Made by a program: the position numbers and the translations under genes. A DNA stretch of 63,836 nucleotides, filler included, from Squatina squatina (taxonomy: Eukaryota), in the NCBI GenBank assembly GCA_031763465.1. It is 4 parts of 4 records of this genome, joined end to end, with 100 filler letters (N's around TTAATTAATTAA, not from the genome) between each part and the next. Parts side by side here need not be neighbours in the genome. Positions count along the whole stretch, not along the records: positions 1 to 21,988 come from JARFOE010000219.1; 3 more parts are not named here. The stretch is one strand, 5' to 3'. The notes below the pieces were generated by a model. The model was given only the letters and a program-made list of their open reading frames with translations. It was not told the DNA's origin and made no database searches. Below, one piece after another: positions 1 to 12,672 of this stretch. The first letter of the stretch is position 1. Every line of letters begins with the position of its first letter.

Positions 1-85
1 TCATCACCACCTTCTCAAGGGCAACTAGGGATGGGCAATAAATGCTGGCCTTGCCAGCGATGCCCACATCCCAGGAAAAATTTTT
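1..85 (+). mobile_element. 3' tail of a CR1/L2-type non-LTR retrotransposon
   Basis: GGGCAACTAGGGATGGGCAATAAATGCTGGCCTTGCCAGCGATGCCCACATCCC followed by an A-rich end; resembles a common shark LINE 3' end. Confidence 0.6.
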
Positions 86-1755
86 AAAAACCTGAATTTT
101 GGACCACCTTGGTTTGTACGACTCAGATATTCAATGGGATGCTCATTGTGTGTTTTTATTCCCTTTTATTCAGTGCTTCCAGGATCCCACAATCTAAATT
201 GTGGGTGGGGACAACATCATTTCATTGGCCTTCACCTGGCGAAGATATGGCTCTCAGGCTTTTTTTCAGCCAATTGAAAACCAGAACAACTGAAGATTGA
301 CCTGATCATATAATGTGAAATTAGCATGTTTTCCAAGGGTCAGATGGAGAGCAGCCAGTGCAAGATGAATAATCCTGATCACAATCCTGTGAGATTGCTC
401 ATTCATAGTGCAGGAAGGATTGTGACAGGTGCAGCACATCTGTAGGCACAATGTCATTCTCCACATCCCAATTTATTAGAAGTATAGATCATTGCTGATG
501 GCAGATTGTATTGAACTTGTCTGAGCAATATTATACCAACAGAAGTTTTCACTTTACAAATCATCTTTAGCTGGAAGCTCTGCCAAACCCCGAAATCGTG
601 ACACACAGTAGGTTGCCCGAAGAAGTTCCATTGAAAACTGAATTTTGCTCTGCATTGACGGCATTTATAGTATGTGACAGAATGTCAACATTCGCTGACC
701 TTTGTAAAGACAACCTGTGTTGGCTCTCACCAGATGCAATTTAGCAAAGTGCTCTGTGGCCTTAGAAAACAAAAAGTTGGAACTCCAAAGCAGTTATGAA
801 AACTTTGATAATTGGCACAGTACGCCAGATAAATTAGGAACAGGTTCACAGCCAGGAAATCACTCAGGCTGTCTGTTCAACCCTTGTATCATTATTGGTT
901 GCATCAGGCACTGTTGTCTGGAGACCTGTAGCTGTAAGATTGTAATAATTGGAGAAGTGCTTCAGCACAGTTTCATAGGCTGTGTTAGACAAAAATTAGA
1001 AGAATCCATAAAAGTCACTATTTTAGCCCAGTTAAGAAGTATTAATTGGACACAATATTAAAGCTGCTGTTTGAAATAGTTAATANNNNNNNNNNNNNNN
1101 NNNNNNNNNNNNNNNNNNNNNNNNNNNNNNNNNNNNNNNNNNNNNNNNNNNNNNNNNNNNNNNNNNNNNNNNNNNNNNNNNNNNNCGCATATAAGAAGTC
1201 ATCAAGCACAAACAATAGGGCCTTCAAGATATAAAACCCATGAATAACTGTGGCTCCCTGGAGCCCAAGGGATTTGAATGGATTGATGCCAAGTCTGAAC
1301 TGCCACTGACAACTGAAGAGTTCCACTGTATAACTTTCAGCAGCTGTCCTATGCTCTGCTAAAGTCCAGGTAAGTTTATCGTAAGTTTGACTGAAGGCAG
1401 TCATTCACCCTGTTAGCAAACTATTCTGCGAGTCTGAGTATTTAGTTTGCATTTAGGTTAAATGAGGTTGGATATGGTCAATGCTAATCTTGTACTCGTC
1501 CCAAAATAATTTCACCGTAGTACAAGCAGGTCAAAGTGCCCTGTTTATCTGGGGAGCTGAAAACTCTTACATCCATCTCTTCTTTCTATAACCTTTCTAT
1601 AACCAGTGTTTTTCTTTCCTTTTTGTTATTGGCCATCTTTCTGCATTCAAGAAATAATACACCAATCTGTGCTAATTACTCCCCTTTAGAAAAGTCTTGG
1701 GGAGTTTCTAACGCCAGCACAGCATTGAAATTGTTGGTAACATTTTGTTTTACAG

Positions 1756-1886
1756 GTACTTTGAACCTGTTTCTACGATTCAAAGGATCAACCATAACTG
1801 AAAATCTCATCTGGAGTATGTCCGGTAACCAAGGAGAACACTGGGTTCACGCAACTATCAACGTCAATCCAAGCGGAACTTTCCAG
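1756..1886 (+). CDS. Internal coding exon of a MAM-domain protein (MALRD1/MAMDC-like)
   Basis: Acceptor ttttgttttacAG, donor GTggga. Translation GTLNLFLRFKGSTITENLIWSMSGNQGEHWVHATINVNPSGTFQ fits the MAM pattern G.L.V...LWS.SGNQG..W..A.V......FQ. The paralog cannot be determined from one exon. Confidence 0.8.
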
Positions 1887-2208
1887 GTGGGAAAATGAAA
1901 GTAATAGGAATATGTAGAAACAGCTCACTACCATAATGTGATATTCCTACAGTGATTGGGCTATATACATAATTCCTTAAGTATCAGCAATGAAAGTGCT
2001 AAGAAAAAATTGTACTTCATTGTATAAAAGATGCCTTTGTAAAAAATATTGGCTCTGAATTACGCTGTGGGATACCAGCACATGATGGGTTAATGTATTT
2101 GTCTGAAATTCCTCTCACTACTGTTCTGCAGTGTGTTACCTCCTGTAAAGTAACTGGGTTAATGCCTCTGTTAAAATAGCAGGAAGAGAAATTTCAGACC
2201 AAAGCAGT

Positions 2209-2791
2209 GGGATAGATTTGAATGATTGGCCAGCCGCCCGATGGTGCCAGTTGGATGCCTGGTCCATTTTGAGGGCCTAGCCTCATTACTGTGCCGCTGT
2301 GTACTGTGCAGGTGTCAAAGGGTTGGCCTGTCGCATAGGCCTCCAGTTCCAGGCCATTGCTATATCAGGCCAGTCGGAGGCTGACCCAGGTGGCAGAAAG
2401 GTTGGTCAGTGCCAGGGGTGGCGGGGGGAAGCTGTGAGATGGGGCCTGTGGCAGCAACAGCCCCTGTTGTTCTTGTGGAGCCCAGAGGAGCACTCCTGCT
2501 CCTCTTAGTCCTACAATAATAATTTTAAGCTTACAGTGATTGGTCCTCTTAAGCAGTATTGCAGGCCGCAAGTTCTGCCCGGTGGTCTCCCAAAATGACA
2601 GTCGAGGTCCTATCTACCTGATTTGCATATTTAAAGAGCCAACCGCCTGTAGGAGGCAGGTGATCCAGGAACGTATCAGTAGGCCCCTTTCAGGGTGGTG
2701 GTGGCCAGATTGGGAGCAGGAACTGCGCAGTAAGCTTTTCCCTGCAATTTTCAGGGAGCTACCACCTGGCAAAGCCAGGGAAGATCACCCC
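2209..2791. mobile_element. Probable non-autonomous DNA transposon (Harbinger-like MITE)
   Basis: GC-richer island with imperfect inverted termini GGGATAGATTT / AAGATCACCCC, flanked by AGT and ATT. Confidence 0.35.
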
Positions 2792-5700
2792 ATTGTGTAT
2801 GAGTGCTAGTGCCCAATACCATTATTTGAAGGTCATTCAATTTCTGTTCTACTAAATGATTTTATAATAGTACTTAATACAGTGGAGTGTGCTGCAAACT
2901 ATGGGAGTAGAATGTTGAAATTCTTTGGNNNNNNNNNNNNNNNNNNNNNNNNNNNNNNNNNNNNNNNNNNNNNNNNNNNNNNNNNNNNNNNNNNNNNNNN
3001 NNNNNNNNNNNNNNNNNNNNNNNNNNNNAAGACTGATAGTTGAACACAATCAGGTAGATTTTTGTGTTTACAACATAAGCCACTAAGTGGCACCTGGGCG
3101 GAGCAAAATTGGTTGAGCTGTGTTACAGGTATGTGATTCCCCTCACACAAATTTCCTCTCTGCATTCTATCCAGGCAATGCTTACTGCCCAAAAGGTAAA
3201 GATGAAAATCTGCCCCGTGTCTCTAAGTCTGTATCTCTAGCATTCCAAGTTTTTAATTGTTGAAACAAAATATACATGAAAATAATATTATGTGTTGTAT
3301 TGTTTGGATTCTTTATTTAGCCTTTTACATCTTTTGCCTAATTTTACCTCTTGAAGGGACTGATTCAAGCTTAGATTTAGTTTAATAGGAGCTAGCAAAC
3401 CCTGCCAAAGTGGCCATTCTTCATGCCAGTGAGTGTTAGCCAGCTATTAGTCCATGGGGGGAGGTTATATTCATGCNNNNNNNNNNCAGTCAAATGAAGT
3501 GAAATTGAAAGGCAATCATTTATTGCTTATTTGTCTTTGATGGAAGCTATGAAGGAGTTAAAATATTGCAACACTTTATCATCAAGTCATGTATTGCTTC
3601 AATATAATAATGAAAGTAGCATTATTTAGAAACAGGTTTGTCTTTTTAACAAATTTTACTAAAATGCACTTTTTCTTAATCTAGATTTAAAAACTGGTGG
3701 TGAAGTCTCCGTATTAATACATATATGGCTGTTTCCAGTCACTCTTCTCATCGCCATGTTAAGTCATCGAAGGTGACCTTATTACGGCAGAGGCTGTGAA
3801 AAGATTCATCAGGCATTGCACATAGAATGAGTCTTTATACATGGACCTTCAAAAATAATTACCAAAGATTCATCAGCTGATTGCAGATTCAAACAGTCCG
3901 TGTGGTGATGAAAGGCATCATGGGAGAGAGAAGGATGCCAGATTTAAACAAAAACAAAAAAAAATGTATATGTGTAAAGTGGTCAACCCAAGAAAGAGAA
4001 GAGTTTTTTGTATTGCTTTAGAGAGATTTGAAAATACAACTGCATCTAGATGGACTCTGAAAGAGCTTTAGAAATCTTGTCAAAGCACAATGATCTGGCT
4101 GGTTTTATTCCAGTTGAATGGAGATGCTTGTCATCAGGAGACATAATAGCTGGTCAACAAAAGAATTTCTTACTGGAAACAGGGTAAAAGAAGTGCTGAC
4201 AATTACTCCCCTTGAGAAGTTTTCGACAAAGCATTAGATAACTGCGGGTTCTTGTCCTCGGCTGTCTAATCTGCTGTGAGTACCTGATCTCACAACTCTC
4301 TGTAGTGAGTGTTTTATTCCTTTCCTGCCCCTTCACTGTTAACTTTGCTGTGCTTTATTGCATATTTGGTCTCTCTGCATGCATTTCTGCCCACTGTATG
4401 TGAACTGGGCTCAAATTGTACGTGGGCTATATCGGAGTTTGCTTGTGGCCACGATAACACAACCGGTCATCTGTCTGAAGTGAGGAAACCAAACCACCTT
4501 CTGTTCGTGACATGCCATAAAACCAAGTGCCTTCAATTTGAAAAAAAATATAAAAATTGCCTGAATCATTTAAATAGAAAACACTTTGCACTGCTAATAC
4601 TGGAGTGTGTGAAACCTTTTGTATATATGTTGCAGCCGATTCCCATGATTAACAGGCAAAGCAGGCAGCCACTGCATTGTTCCTCCAAGCAGAGAGACTC
4701 GAGTTACAATCGAAGTCCTTGGACAAGGCATTCATTAAAGCCATCAAGGTGGCCGCAGTCTGCGAGCGTGTGATCCTGTGGAAAAATAGCTTCCACTGAG
4801 GCTTAAATTGGGAGCATCACTTTGTACAGTTATTGAGTGCGAATGCGATGACCAGAGCAAAGGTCTCTAGAGATGTGCACAGCNNNNNNNNNNNNNNNNN
4901 NNNNNNNNNNNNNNNNNNNNNNNNNNNNNNNNNNNNNNNNNNNNNNNNNNNNNNNNNNNNNNNNNNNNNNNNNNNNNNNNNNNNNNNNNNNNNNNNNNNN
5001 NNNNNNNNNNNNNNNNNNNNNATGCTTGCTGCTGGTCCTTCCAGAGCTCTGTAATGTTCTGCAGTTCCCTGCACTGTTTGAATAGAGATTGTCAGGCTCC
5101 AGTACAGCACCCACAACACTGCTCGAATATCTAGTTCCAGTGTGGCTTTGTTTCCATTATTTCTGGCATGCAGGTTGTTCACAGTGGATGTTTTGCACTT
5201 GCTCAGAGGTTACAGTGGCAGACTTTGGCACCACACCATGATTTCACCTTGTTTGCCACTAGCTAAAATTGCACGAAAATCTGTGACATTCTTTTTGTTT
5301 AAATTATTTGATCTTTTAAATTAATTCAAAAAATACTTTTTAGTCTAAAGATTGCATAATTGTACGCTCTGAAACCCCGAGTATTGACAAAAAAAATTAT
5401 ATGCAAGAATTTGGATTAGAACTATAAACAAAACTACATTGGAGCATTTGTGTGATTACTGAGTATTGATATAAAAAGCACAAGATGTAATAAACAATGA
5501 TGAGGCTTGAACTTTTGTTTTAAATTCCATAGAAAGTTTGTCCATATTCAAGACAATATGGGTGCAGAGATGATTTTTCATCCATGTTCAATAAACCTCT
5601 TTTCAGGTACGGTGTGACTTATTGCATGTCTGATTGCTAGTATGGGAGATTTTAATTAAAACAGAGAGAGTTAATNNNNNNNNNNNNNNNNNNNNNNNNN

Positions 5701-7613
5701 NNNNNNNNNNNNNNNNNNNNNNNNNNNNNNNNNNNNNNNNNNNNNNNNNNNNNNNNNNNNNNNNNNNNNNNNNNNAGCAATTGTGTGTGCCTATAGTGAA
5801 AGGTCACCTCCCTGCCAAAATTTGAATCACCAACAAATCAAAAATCAATTATACTATAGTTTATGTTGAAGAAGTTAGGAAATGCCCTTGCATTAATGCT
5901 GAAACTGCGGTATAACTAACCCTGAAGAGGACATATTTCAACACAAGCAATCAACAGAAACTAGAGACTTGAAATATCAACTGACAAGCACAGCTCCTAA
6001 CTCAACAGTGCAACTTTCTACATTTTCATGCATTGCTTCTAAGTAATATTATCTCACTGCTCTCCTAAATATAGCATTCCTCATCTTTGTACTTACTCTT
6101 TCTCTACCTTTCACTTGAAACTTTACCCTAAGTCTGAATCCCCATGCTTCCATGACCTCTAACACAATTCCTAAACCATATAAGTAAAATGTTGATTGAC
6201 AGGCTGTCAGAATGGCTAACACTGTTGTAAATGGCACACAAATGGCTATAGAACATATGCTTTGAATGTGCATAGGATCTTAATTTGTATTATTAGCTAG
6301 TTAAAATAATCACAATTAAACATCGTTTGGTCAGAGGTACAAAATCATTATGGAAAAGAGGCCTTACAAAACAATTTAAATTGATAATGTTCATTTATTT
6401 TTTTTGCCATTTGAAAGCCTTTTGTAGCTGTTATAAATCAAATATCCAACAATAAGGTGTGTTAAATATCTCATAGCTGGCTATGATATTTCCTCTGCGT
6501 CTTTTATTTTTGGAGTAACATATTTATGTTCTCAATCGTTACTTCCCTTTCATTTGGAGAAATACTTTATTTGTGTTATTTTCTTTAAAATGTGAAAGAC
6601 ATTTTAATGACTTTTCTTTACCTCATCCTCTTTTCTGATGTGAAATGACCGGTTTCTTACAGCCCTGAGTCCAGCTGTACACATGGCCCTCGTCTATCAT
6701 TCCCATTTGCTGTTTTTGACTAAAAGTAATGTTTAGTTTACCAATTTTGTGAAATTGAGCTGAAATAATAGTGTTCTCTTTATTGAGCAATTGCAATAAT
6801 CACATTGGCCTCCTGCACTTAAATAGGCTAATAGTTTCAGGAAAAGAAAACTTCCTTTTATCTTTCTGTCGCAAATCGGGCTCACTTCAAATATTTTTTC
6901 TGTCTGCTTTTAATAATAAATCTTGCTTTTTTTGTTCTCTAACTAGAATTAGTCACAACAAAATTAAAAATTTCAAGCAAAAGCAGCTGATGACAAAAAT
7001 GATAGCTGGTGCAAATACAACACCATAATGTTTTTTGTACAGTCTTTTAGTTTCCAGTTGGTGTGGACCACTGCAAGTAGTCACATTGAAGTTGCAGTTA
7101 TCACTTTTTCTCAGGCCATTTATACACCTATATTAAAAACTGTAAAACTCTACAAGTGTATTGTCTCTTGTTTGAATTTTTATGAGTATTTCCTCCCAAT
7201 GTCACAGCAATGTGATTTTAATGTTTACATCAGCCAACCACAGCGAGGAAAGGAAAAAGACGAAAGCACACGCTTTTGGTCAATGTCACAAAATTGATGT
7301 AACTTCTAAGTATGCCCACTTGAAAAAGATCCTGCATTGTGTGTCAGATGTCTGGAGTGGAGAATGGGGGACTGTGATTATAAAAAGCAGATTGTGGGGC
7401 AACCCACCTTTTGGAGGCTCCTACCCAGGTAACATCCACGTGTGAGGATCTCCCCTGCCTCACCAGCATCATCCCAAAGTGGGTTCAGCAGCAAAACATG
7501 TTGAAGTTAAACTGCAATTGAATAAAGCCAGACCCATTGAACATTGGTCCTTGTGTCATAGTGATGCTGTCATTTAAGGTGCAAATGTAAAGTGTGGGAA
7601 CCCCTTCTCGTGA

Positions 7614-7689
7614 CATAGAAACATAGAAAATAGGTGCAGGAGTAGGCCATTTGGCCCTTCGAGCCTGCACCGCCATTCAACACGATCAT
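7614..7689 (-). mobile_element. CR1 LINE 3' end
   Basis: Reverse complement of the CR1 3' UTR with (TTCTATGT)n tail: ACATAGAAACATAGAAAATAGGTGCAGGAGTAGGCCAT. Confidence 0.8.
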
Positions 7690-8627
7690 NNNNNNNNNNN
7701 NNNNNNNNNNNNNNNNNNNNNNNNNNNNNNNNNNNNNNNNNNNNNNNNNNNNNNNNNNNNNNNNNNNNNNNNNNNNNNNNNNNNNNNNNACTGAGCGTGT
7801 GTAATGCTAAGTCAGTAAAGTGAAATAGTCTGATCCACTGCTATTTGACTTGCACCCGACAATGAATGGATGTTAATTGAAATGATTTTAAATCAGACGG
7901 CTGCATTCCTGTCATTCACCAGTTGTTGAATTCAGAAAGAATTTTAATAAATTTGTTTTGCTTTTTCTAAACCTGTGCCGATTGCAATTGTTGCCTTTAC
8001 TTGTGTGAAATGCATTTAAATCACTTCTCTCTTTATTTTATCATAGATGTCAAATTAACAGGCCGATAATTTACAAGATTATGCTTCTGACCTTTTATGA
8101 AAAATTGGAACAGCATCAGCTATTTTTCAATTTTCTAGCACTATCCCTGTATTTAATGAGCTGTGAAGAATTTGAGCCACAGTTCCCCACCACCCCTTGC
8201 TTCTTTCCTCATTTCCGTAAATATTCTTGGATCCATTCAGTGTGGCCCATTTTTCCGATGAATATTCGATCACTGCAGCGTTTAATGACTATTCCATGAC
8301 TAATCTCTCTTTCTCAGTGAACTTAAATGAATCACCCTTTTTTCAATCCCTGCAATGAAAACACTTTTAAGCAGCATTGTGAAAATTCTGCAAAAGGTAT
8401 TATTTAAAATCGTTGGCTTATTTTTTTCCCACTTTTGATTATCTATCTATCTTATCTTTAGTAATCATCTGTCTCATCTTAATAGTTATTGCTGACTCCA
8501 TTTTTGCACCGATTTAAGTTTCTGGAGTCAACCTGGGGAGCCACTCTCACCACATTGTTAGTCAGTATAAGAACACTGAGGGACTGGCCCTCTGATCACT
8601 ACTCCACCAGCCATGCACTGCATCAGC

Positions 8628-8904
8628 ATGGGTGCCACTGTCTTACCTTGGTCCTCAGAATTGGACCAGGATGAGTACCATTACCAACAACACCAGGCAC
8701 ACCAGCAGCAACAGCAGCAACCACAACAACAGCCTTCTCCTCAATGCCCTGATGCACCACAGGAGAGAGAGGGCACCACAGGTCTGCACTGCGGCCGAGG
8801 TGATGCTCCCAACACTGGGTATACAGGCAGAGGATGAGCTTCCTCAACATGACTGGGCAGCAGAGCTTCAGGAGCCTCAGGCTATCGTGCCAGGTCGTCG
8901 AGGT
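8628..8904 (+). pseudogene. N-terminal fragment of a Harbinger (HARBI1-like) transposase
   Basis: Poly-Q leader, then after a frameshift QHWVYRQRMSFLNMTGQQSFRSLRLSCQVV, matching the Harbinger N-terminal VYR.R.SFL.M.E..C.RRLRL region. Confidence 0.6.
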
Positions 8905-9004
8905 NNNNNNNNNNNNNNNNNNNNNNNNNNNNNNNNNNNNNNNNNNNNNNNNNNNNNNNNNNNNNNNNNNNNNNNNNNNNNNNNNNNNNNNNNNNNNNNN
9001 NNNN

Positions 9005-9444
9005 CCCCCCCCCGCCCCCGGACACACACCAGCCCGCGCTTGATGACCGACCCGTGTCGGGCGAGGAGGTGCTGGTGCCCATGGAACCTCCGTGCCCTGA
9101 ATCTTCAATCGGAAAGCAGGTGAGCAGTGGGCAAAGACAGGCCCTGACAGAAAGCGGCGGATTAATCCCCTTCAACACAGGCAGTGACAGAGCAGAGCTG
9201 GGGGCTTGTTCCGGCGACCCCTCTGGGCCTTGCTGGGGGCAAGGGAAAGCTGTCCAGTGCCAGTGACACATGCTCAGTTAAGCAGGCTACAAAAATATCA
9301 CCTCAAGGCACCAAAATAATTCCGTATTGTCGCGCAAACACTTTTGTTTCCGCCATTATGGAATTTCTCAATTTCTCTTGCGAACCCCCTGAAATATTTT
9401 GCAAACCCCCAAGGGGTTCGCGAACCACCGTTTGGGAAACACTG
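9005..9444. mobile_element. hAT/Charlie-like non-autonomous element, right end
   Basis: Ends in GTTTGGGAAACACTG (reverse complement CAGTGTTTCCCAAAC, a Charlie-type TIR) with a subterminal palindrome GCGAACCCC...GGGGTTCGC. The left end is lost in a gap. Confidence 0.6.
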
Positions 9445-9539
9445 GACTAAGGCACCACATTCCGAGGCTGAGCCTATCTCACTACTAGCACCCACCCACA
9501 GAGAAAGTGTACAGGGAACAAATGTCTTTTGAGGCACTG

Positions 9540-10245
9540 TCGCTATGTTACAGCAAGGACATAATTGGCTACCTGTGCAAGATGTTCCGTGAGGACCTGA
9601 ACTGCGGTCCACCTTCCGCAGGGCTAGGAAGGTGCTGACGGCCCTCAATTTCTACGGAATTGGTTTCTTCCAATAAGGCATAGGAGAGCTTTAAGATCAG
9701 CCAAAGAGCTACGCGGACTTGTATTCAACAGGTGACAGATGCCCTCTTCCACTGGACATCTGACCTCATCAAATACGACACATCCCCAGCGCAGCAAAGG
9801 GTCACGTCCATCAATTTCAAAATGATGGCTGGCTTCCCGAGGGTGAGGGGTCTGTCGATGGGACCCATGTGCCGCTGAAGGCTCCACTGAGGAACCAGTC
9901 ACCTTCAACAACAGGAAAGACTATCATTCACTAGAACTGTCTGCAATGCCCAACTGAGGTTGCTGCATGCTAACGCAGAGCATCAGGGAAGCAGTTGTGA
10001 CACCTTTGTTCTTTGTCACTCCGACATCTGTGACTTATTCAGCAGGGAGGGACAAAGAGGTGGATGGATGTTAGGGGATGAGTTTTACCCACTGAAGCTG
10101 TGGCTGATGACACCCTTCTGCATCACCAACAAAGCAGCATAGGAAAGCTACAACCTAGCACACATGTCGATCCGGCAGGTAGAGAAAGGACAATTGATCT
10201 TTTTAAAACAACTGACAGATAGAGCATTGCACGGTACTGAACTGT
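9540..10245 (+). pseudogene. Degenerate Harbinger DDE transposase (HARBI1-like)
   Basis: Motifs across frameshifts: KVLTALNFYGIGFFQ*, IQQVTDALF, MAGFPRV..VDGTHVPLKAP, FNNRKDYHSL, GWMLGDEFYPLKLWLMTPF. Confidence 0.85.
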
Positions 10246-10584
10246 TCCATCTTTAGCTAGGGAAATAAAAAGTGTTTGGGCTAAATATTCGATCGCCACC
10301 AAAAAAAAGGTGTACGGATCGCGATGCGCGATTGCTCTGCACCCATTCAAAGTAATGCAGACAGCATGAAAACTTGGTGCTGCCTGCTAATTTAAATGAT
10401 AGTGGCATGCAGCCCAGTGCTAAATGTGCTGCTGAGTGGCTGCACGCTCAACAGTGGGCCCAAGTTTGTGCGAGGCTAGCACCAATTGAAGTTAGCCTGC
10501 ACCTATTAAAGTGGAGGTGCAGTTTGATGGGACCAGGTGCTGGAAGTAATTCCAGAAGGCAGTTTCAGCTGGGCAACATTCAGC

Positions 10585-10830
10585 AATGGCACAACAGACC
10601 AGAGAGAGAGTTCCAAGGTTCTCAGATGCAACACTGGTGGTCTTAGTACAGGAGGTGGAGAGGAGGAGAGAGGTCCTGTTTCCACAGGGGGCAGGACACC
10701 CTCCAGATAGACACTGCAAAGGCAGTAAAATCAGATAGCCATGGAGGTCAATGCCAACAGTGTTGCCCTGAGGACCTGGATGCAATGCTGGAAGAAGTTC
10801 AATGACCTTACACCAGTGGTCAAGCTCAGT
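10585..10830 (+). pseudogene. Harbinger Myb/SANT-like DNA-binding gene remnant
   Basis: RERVPRFSDATLVVLVQEVERRREVLFP ... IAMEVNANSVALRTWMQCWKKFNDLT. Confidence 0.8.
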
Positions 10831-12269
10831 GAATGCATCTTGAAATGCCATATCCCACAAACTACGTCACTAGCCTCACACACTGCTCAATTCACCACAA
10901 CCCCATTACTCACCTACCAATAATCTCTATCAATCGCAACTCATACCTCACATTCATATGCTCCATCTCACCCTCACACACTTACCATTGCTGCAAGCCT
11001 CACACTCACATCTCACACCTTGCACACACTGCCAGCTATTCAACCATGACAGCCACATCAGCCAAAGACATTGAACCACATTCACTGTCACACTTCCCTC
11101 TCACTTGCAGGACAAGATGGTACACAACTGTAGGGAGCGACAGCTAACCAGAGGGGGACAGGCGCACCTCCATACCCTGACCCCATTTGAGGAGCAGCTG
11201 TGATTGAGGCTGTGGCCGGCGACGAAGCTGAAACCATTGAACATGACAGTATGCTCATACCTAATCCACCTTCTCACAACCCACTTCTCCTCATCCCAAA
11301 ATCTCTTCTGACTTTAAGGCTGTGGATGGTGTAAACATGCATNNNNNNNNNNNNNNNNNNNNNNNNNNNNNNNNNNNNNNNNNNNNNNNNNNNNNNNNNN
11401 NNNNNNNNNNNNNNNNNNNNNNNNNNNNNNNNNNNNNNNNNNCGGTGATCCAGCGAGGCAGCTCATTTGTCATCGCTGCCATATAGCTATGAACATGCAC
11501 ATTTTTCAGTAAATAGGTAGAAGATCCAAAGAGCACTACTATTCACTGGAAGTCAGGAAGAGAAATGAGGGTCGCATAAATATGTCTAACTGTTGCTGTA
11601 CATGCTTTAAAATACAATATCTGATATTGCCTATTATTTGCATTAGAAAGGAAAATGCAATTCAATTCAAGTTGTGCAGTGCTGTAAGTCATTTGATAAT
11701 CTGACCTTCATTTCAGTTTTGAGATAGTATTGTAATTGCAGATGGAACAGGAATGAAAGGAAGTGTGTTGGCTGCATTTAATAGCACCAACTGCACTTAC
11801 TGAATCAATAAATGACCTTAAAGGGATAGCACCCCTTTGTCACACTCCTGAGTTGGCTGTATTTAATAAATGTCAAGGATTTGCAATATTCATTTTTCTA
11901 GTGCACAAAGTCCTTGATAATTGTTAGAAATCCAATAGCGCAAACATCAATGGAATATGATGAGCATCAGTGATCTGCTGTCATTATTCCAAAGAATGTT
12001 TGCACAGCTTCTTAATTGCACCAGAATCCAGATTTTGAAGTTGCTTGTTGATCGAGCACATTGTGTTTGACATGCACTGAAACAAAAATCAGTTTGGGCC
12101 TATTAGCATGTTACCCCCATTGTTTTTTTTAAATCTTGTACTCATTGAAGATTATTATTTACTATATTAGCAAGCAATAGGGAACATCATATTCTTTAGG
12201 AAACCACGTTTTGGACCATGTCCAAGGATATAGCAAAGAAATAATAATGACAGTCTGAGTCTAGAGTGC

Positions 12270-12471
12270 ACATAAGAGCACAAGAAATAGGAGCAGGAGT
12301 AGGCCATTCGGCCCCTCGAGGCTGCTCCGTCATTCAATGAGATCATGGCTGATCTGATTCTGGCCTCAACTCCACTTTCCTGCCTGTTTTGACTTTTGAC
12401 TCCCCTGTTGCTCAAAAATCTGTCCATCTCAGCCTTGAATATATTCAATGACTCAGCCTCCACAGCTCTCT
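12270..12471 (-). mobile_element. CR1 LINE 3' fragment
   Basis: ORF2 C-terminus EAESLNIFKAEMDRFL plus the CR1 3' UTR on the minus strand. Confidence 0.8.
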
Positions 12472-12589
12472 NNNNNNNNNNNNNNNNNNNNNNNNNNNNN
12501 NNNNNNNNNNNNNNNNNNNNNNNNNNNNNNNNNNNNNNNNNNNNNNNNNNNNNNNNNNNNNNNNNNNNNNNCTTGCTGTATTTCTGGCT

Positions 12590-12672
12590 TATTTCAGTTC
12601 TGACGAAGGGTTATCAACCCGAAAAGTTGACTCTGTTTTTCTCACCACAGATGCTGCCTGACCTGCTGAGAA
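12590..12672 (+). mobile_element. Penelope-like element 3' tail with minimal hammerhead core
   Basis: AGTT-CTGACGA-A-GGGTT-ATC-AACCC-GAAAAGTTGACT followed by ...CCACAGATGCTGCCTGACCTGCTGAG. Confidence 0.7.

Noticed and set aside
8613-8837. Poly-Q ORF as a host transcription factor exon
   Set aside because: It runs directly into a frameshifted Harbinger transposase N-terminus.
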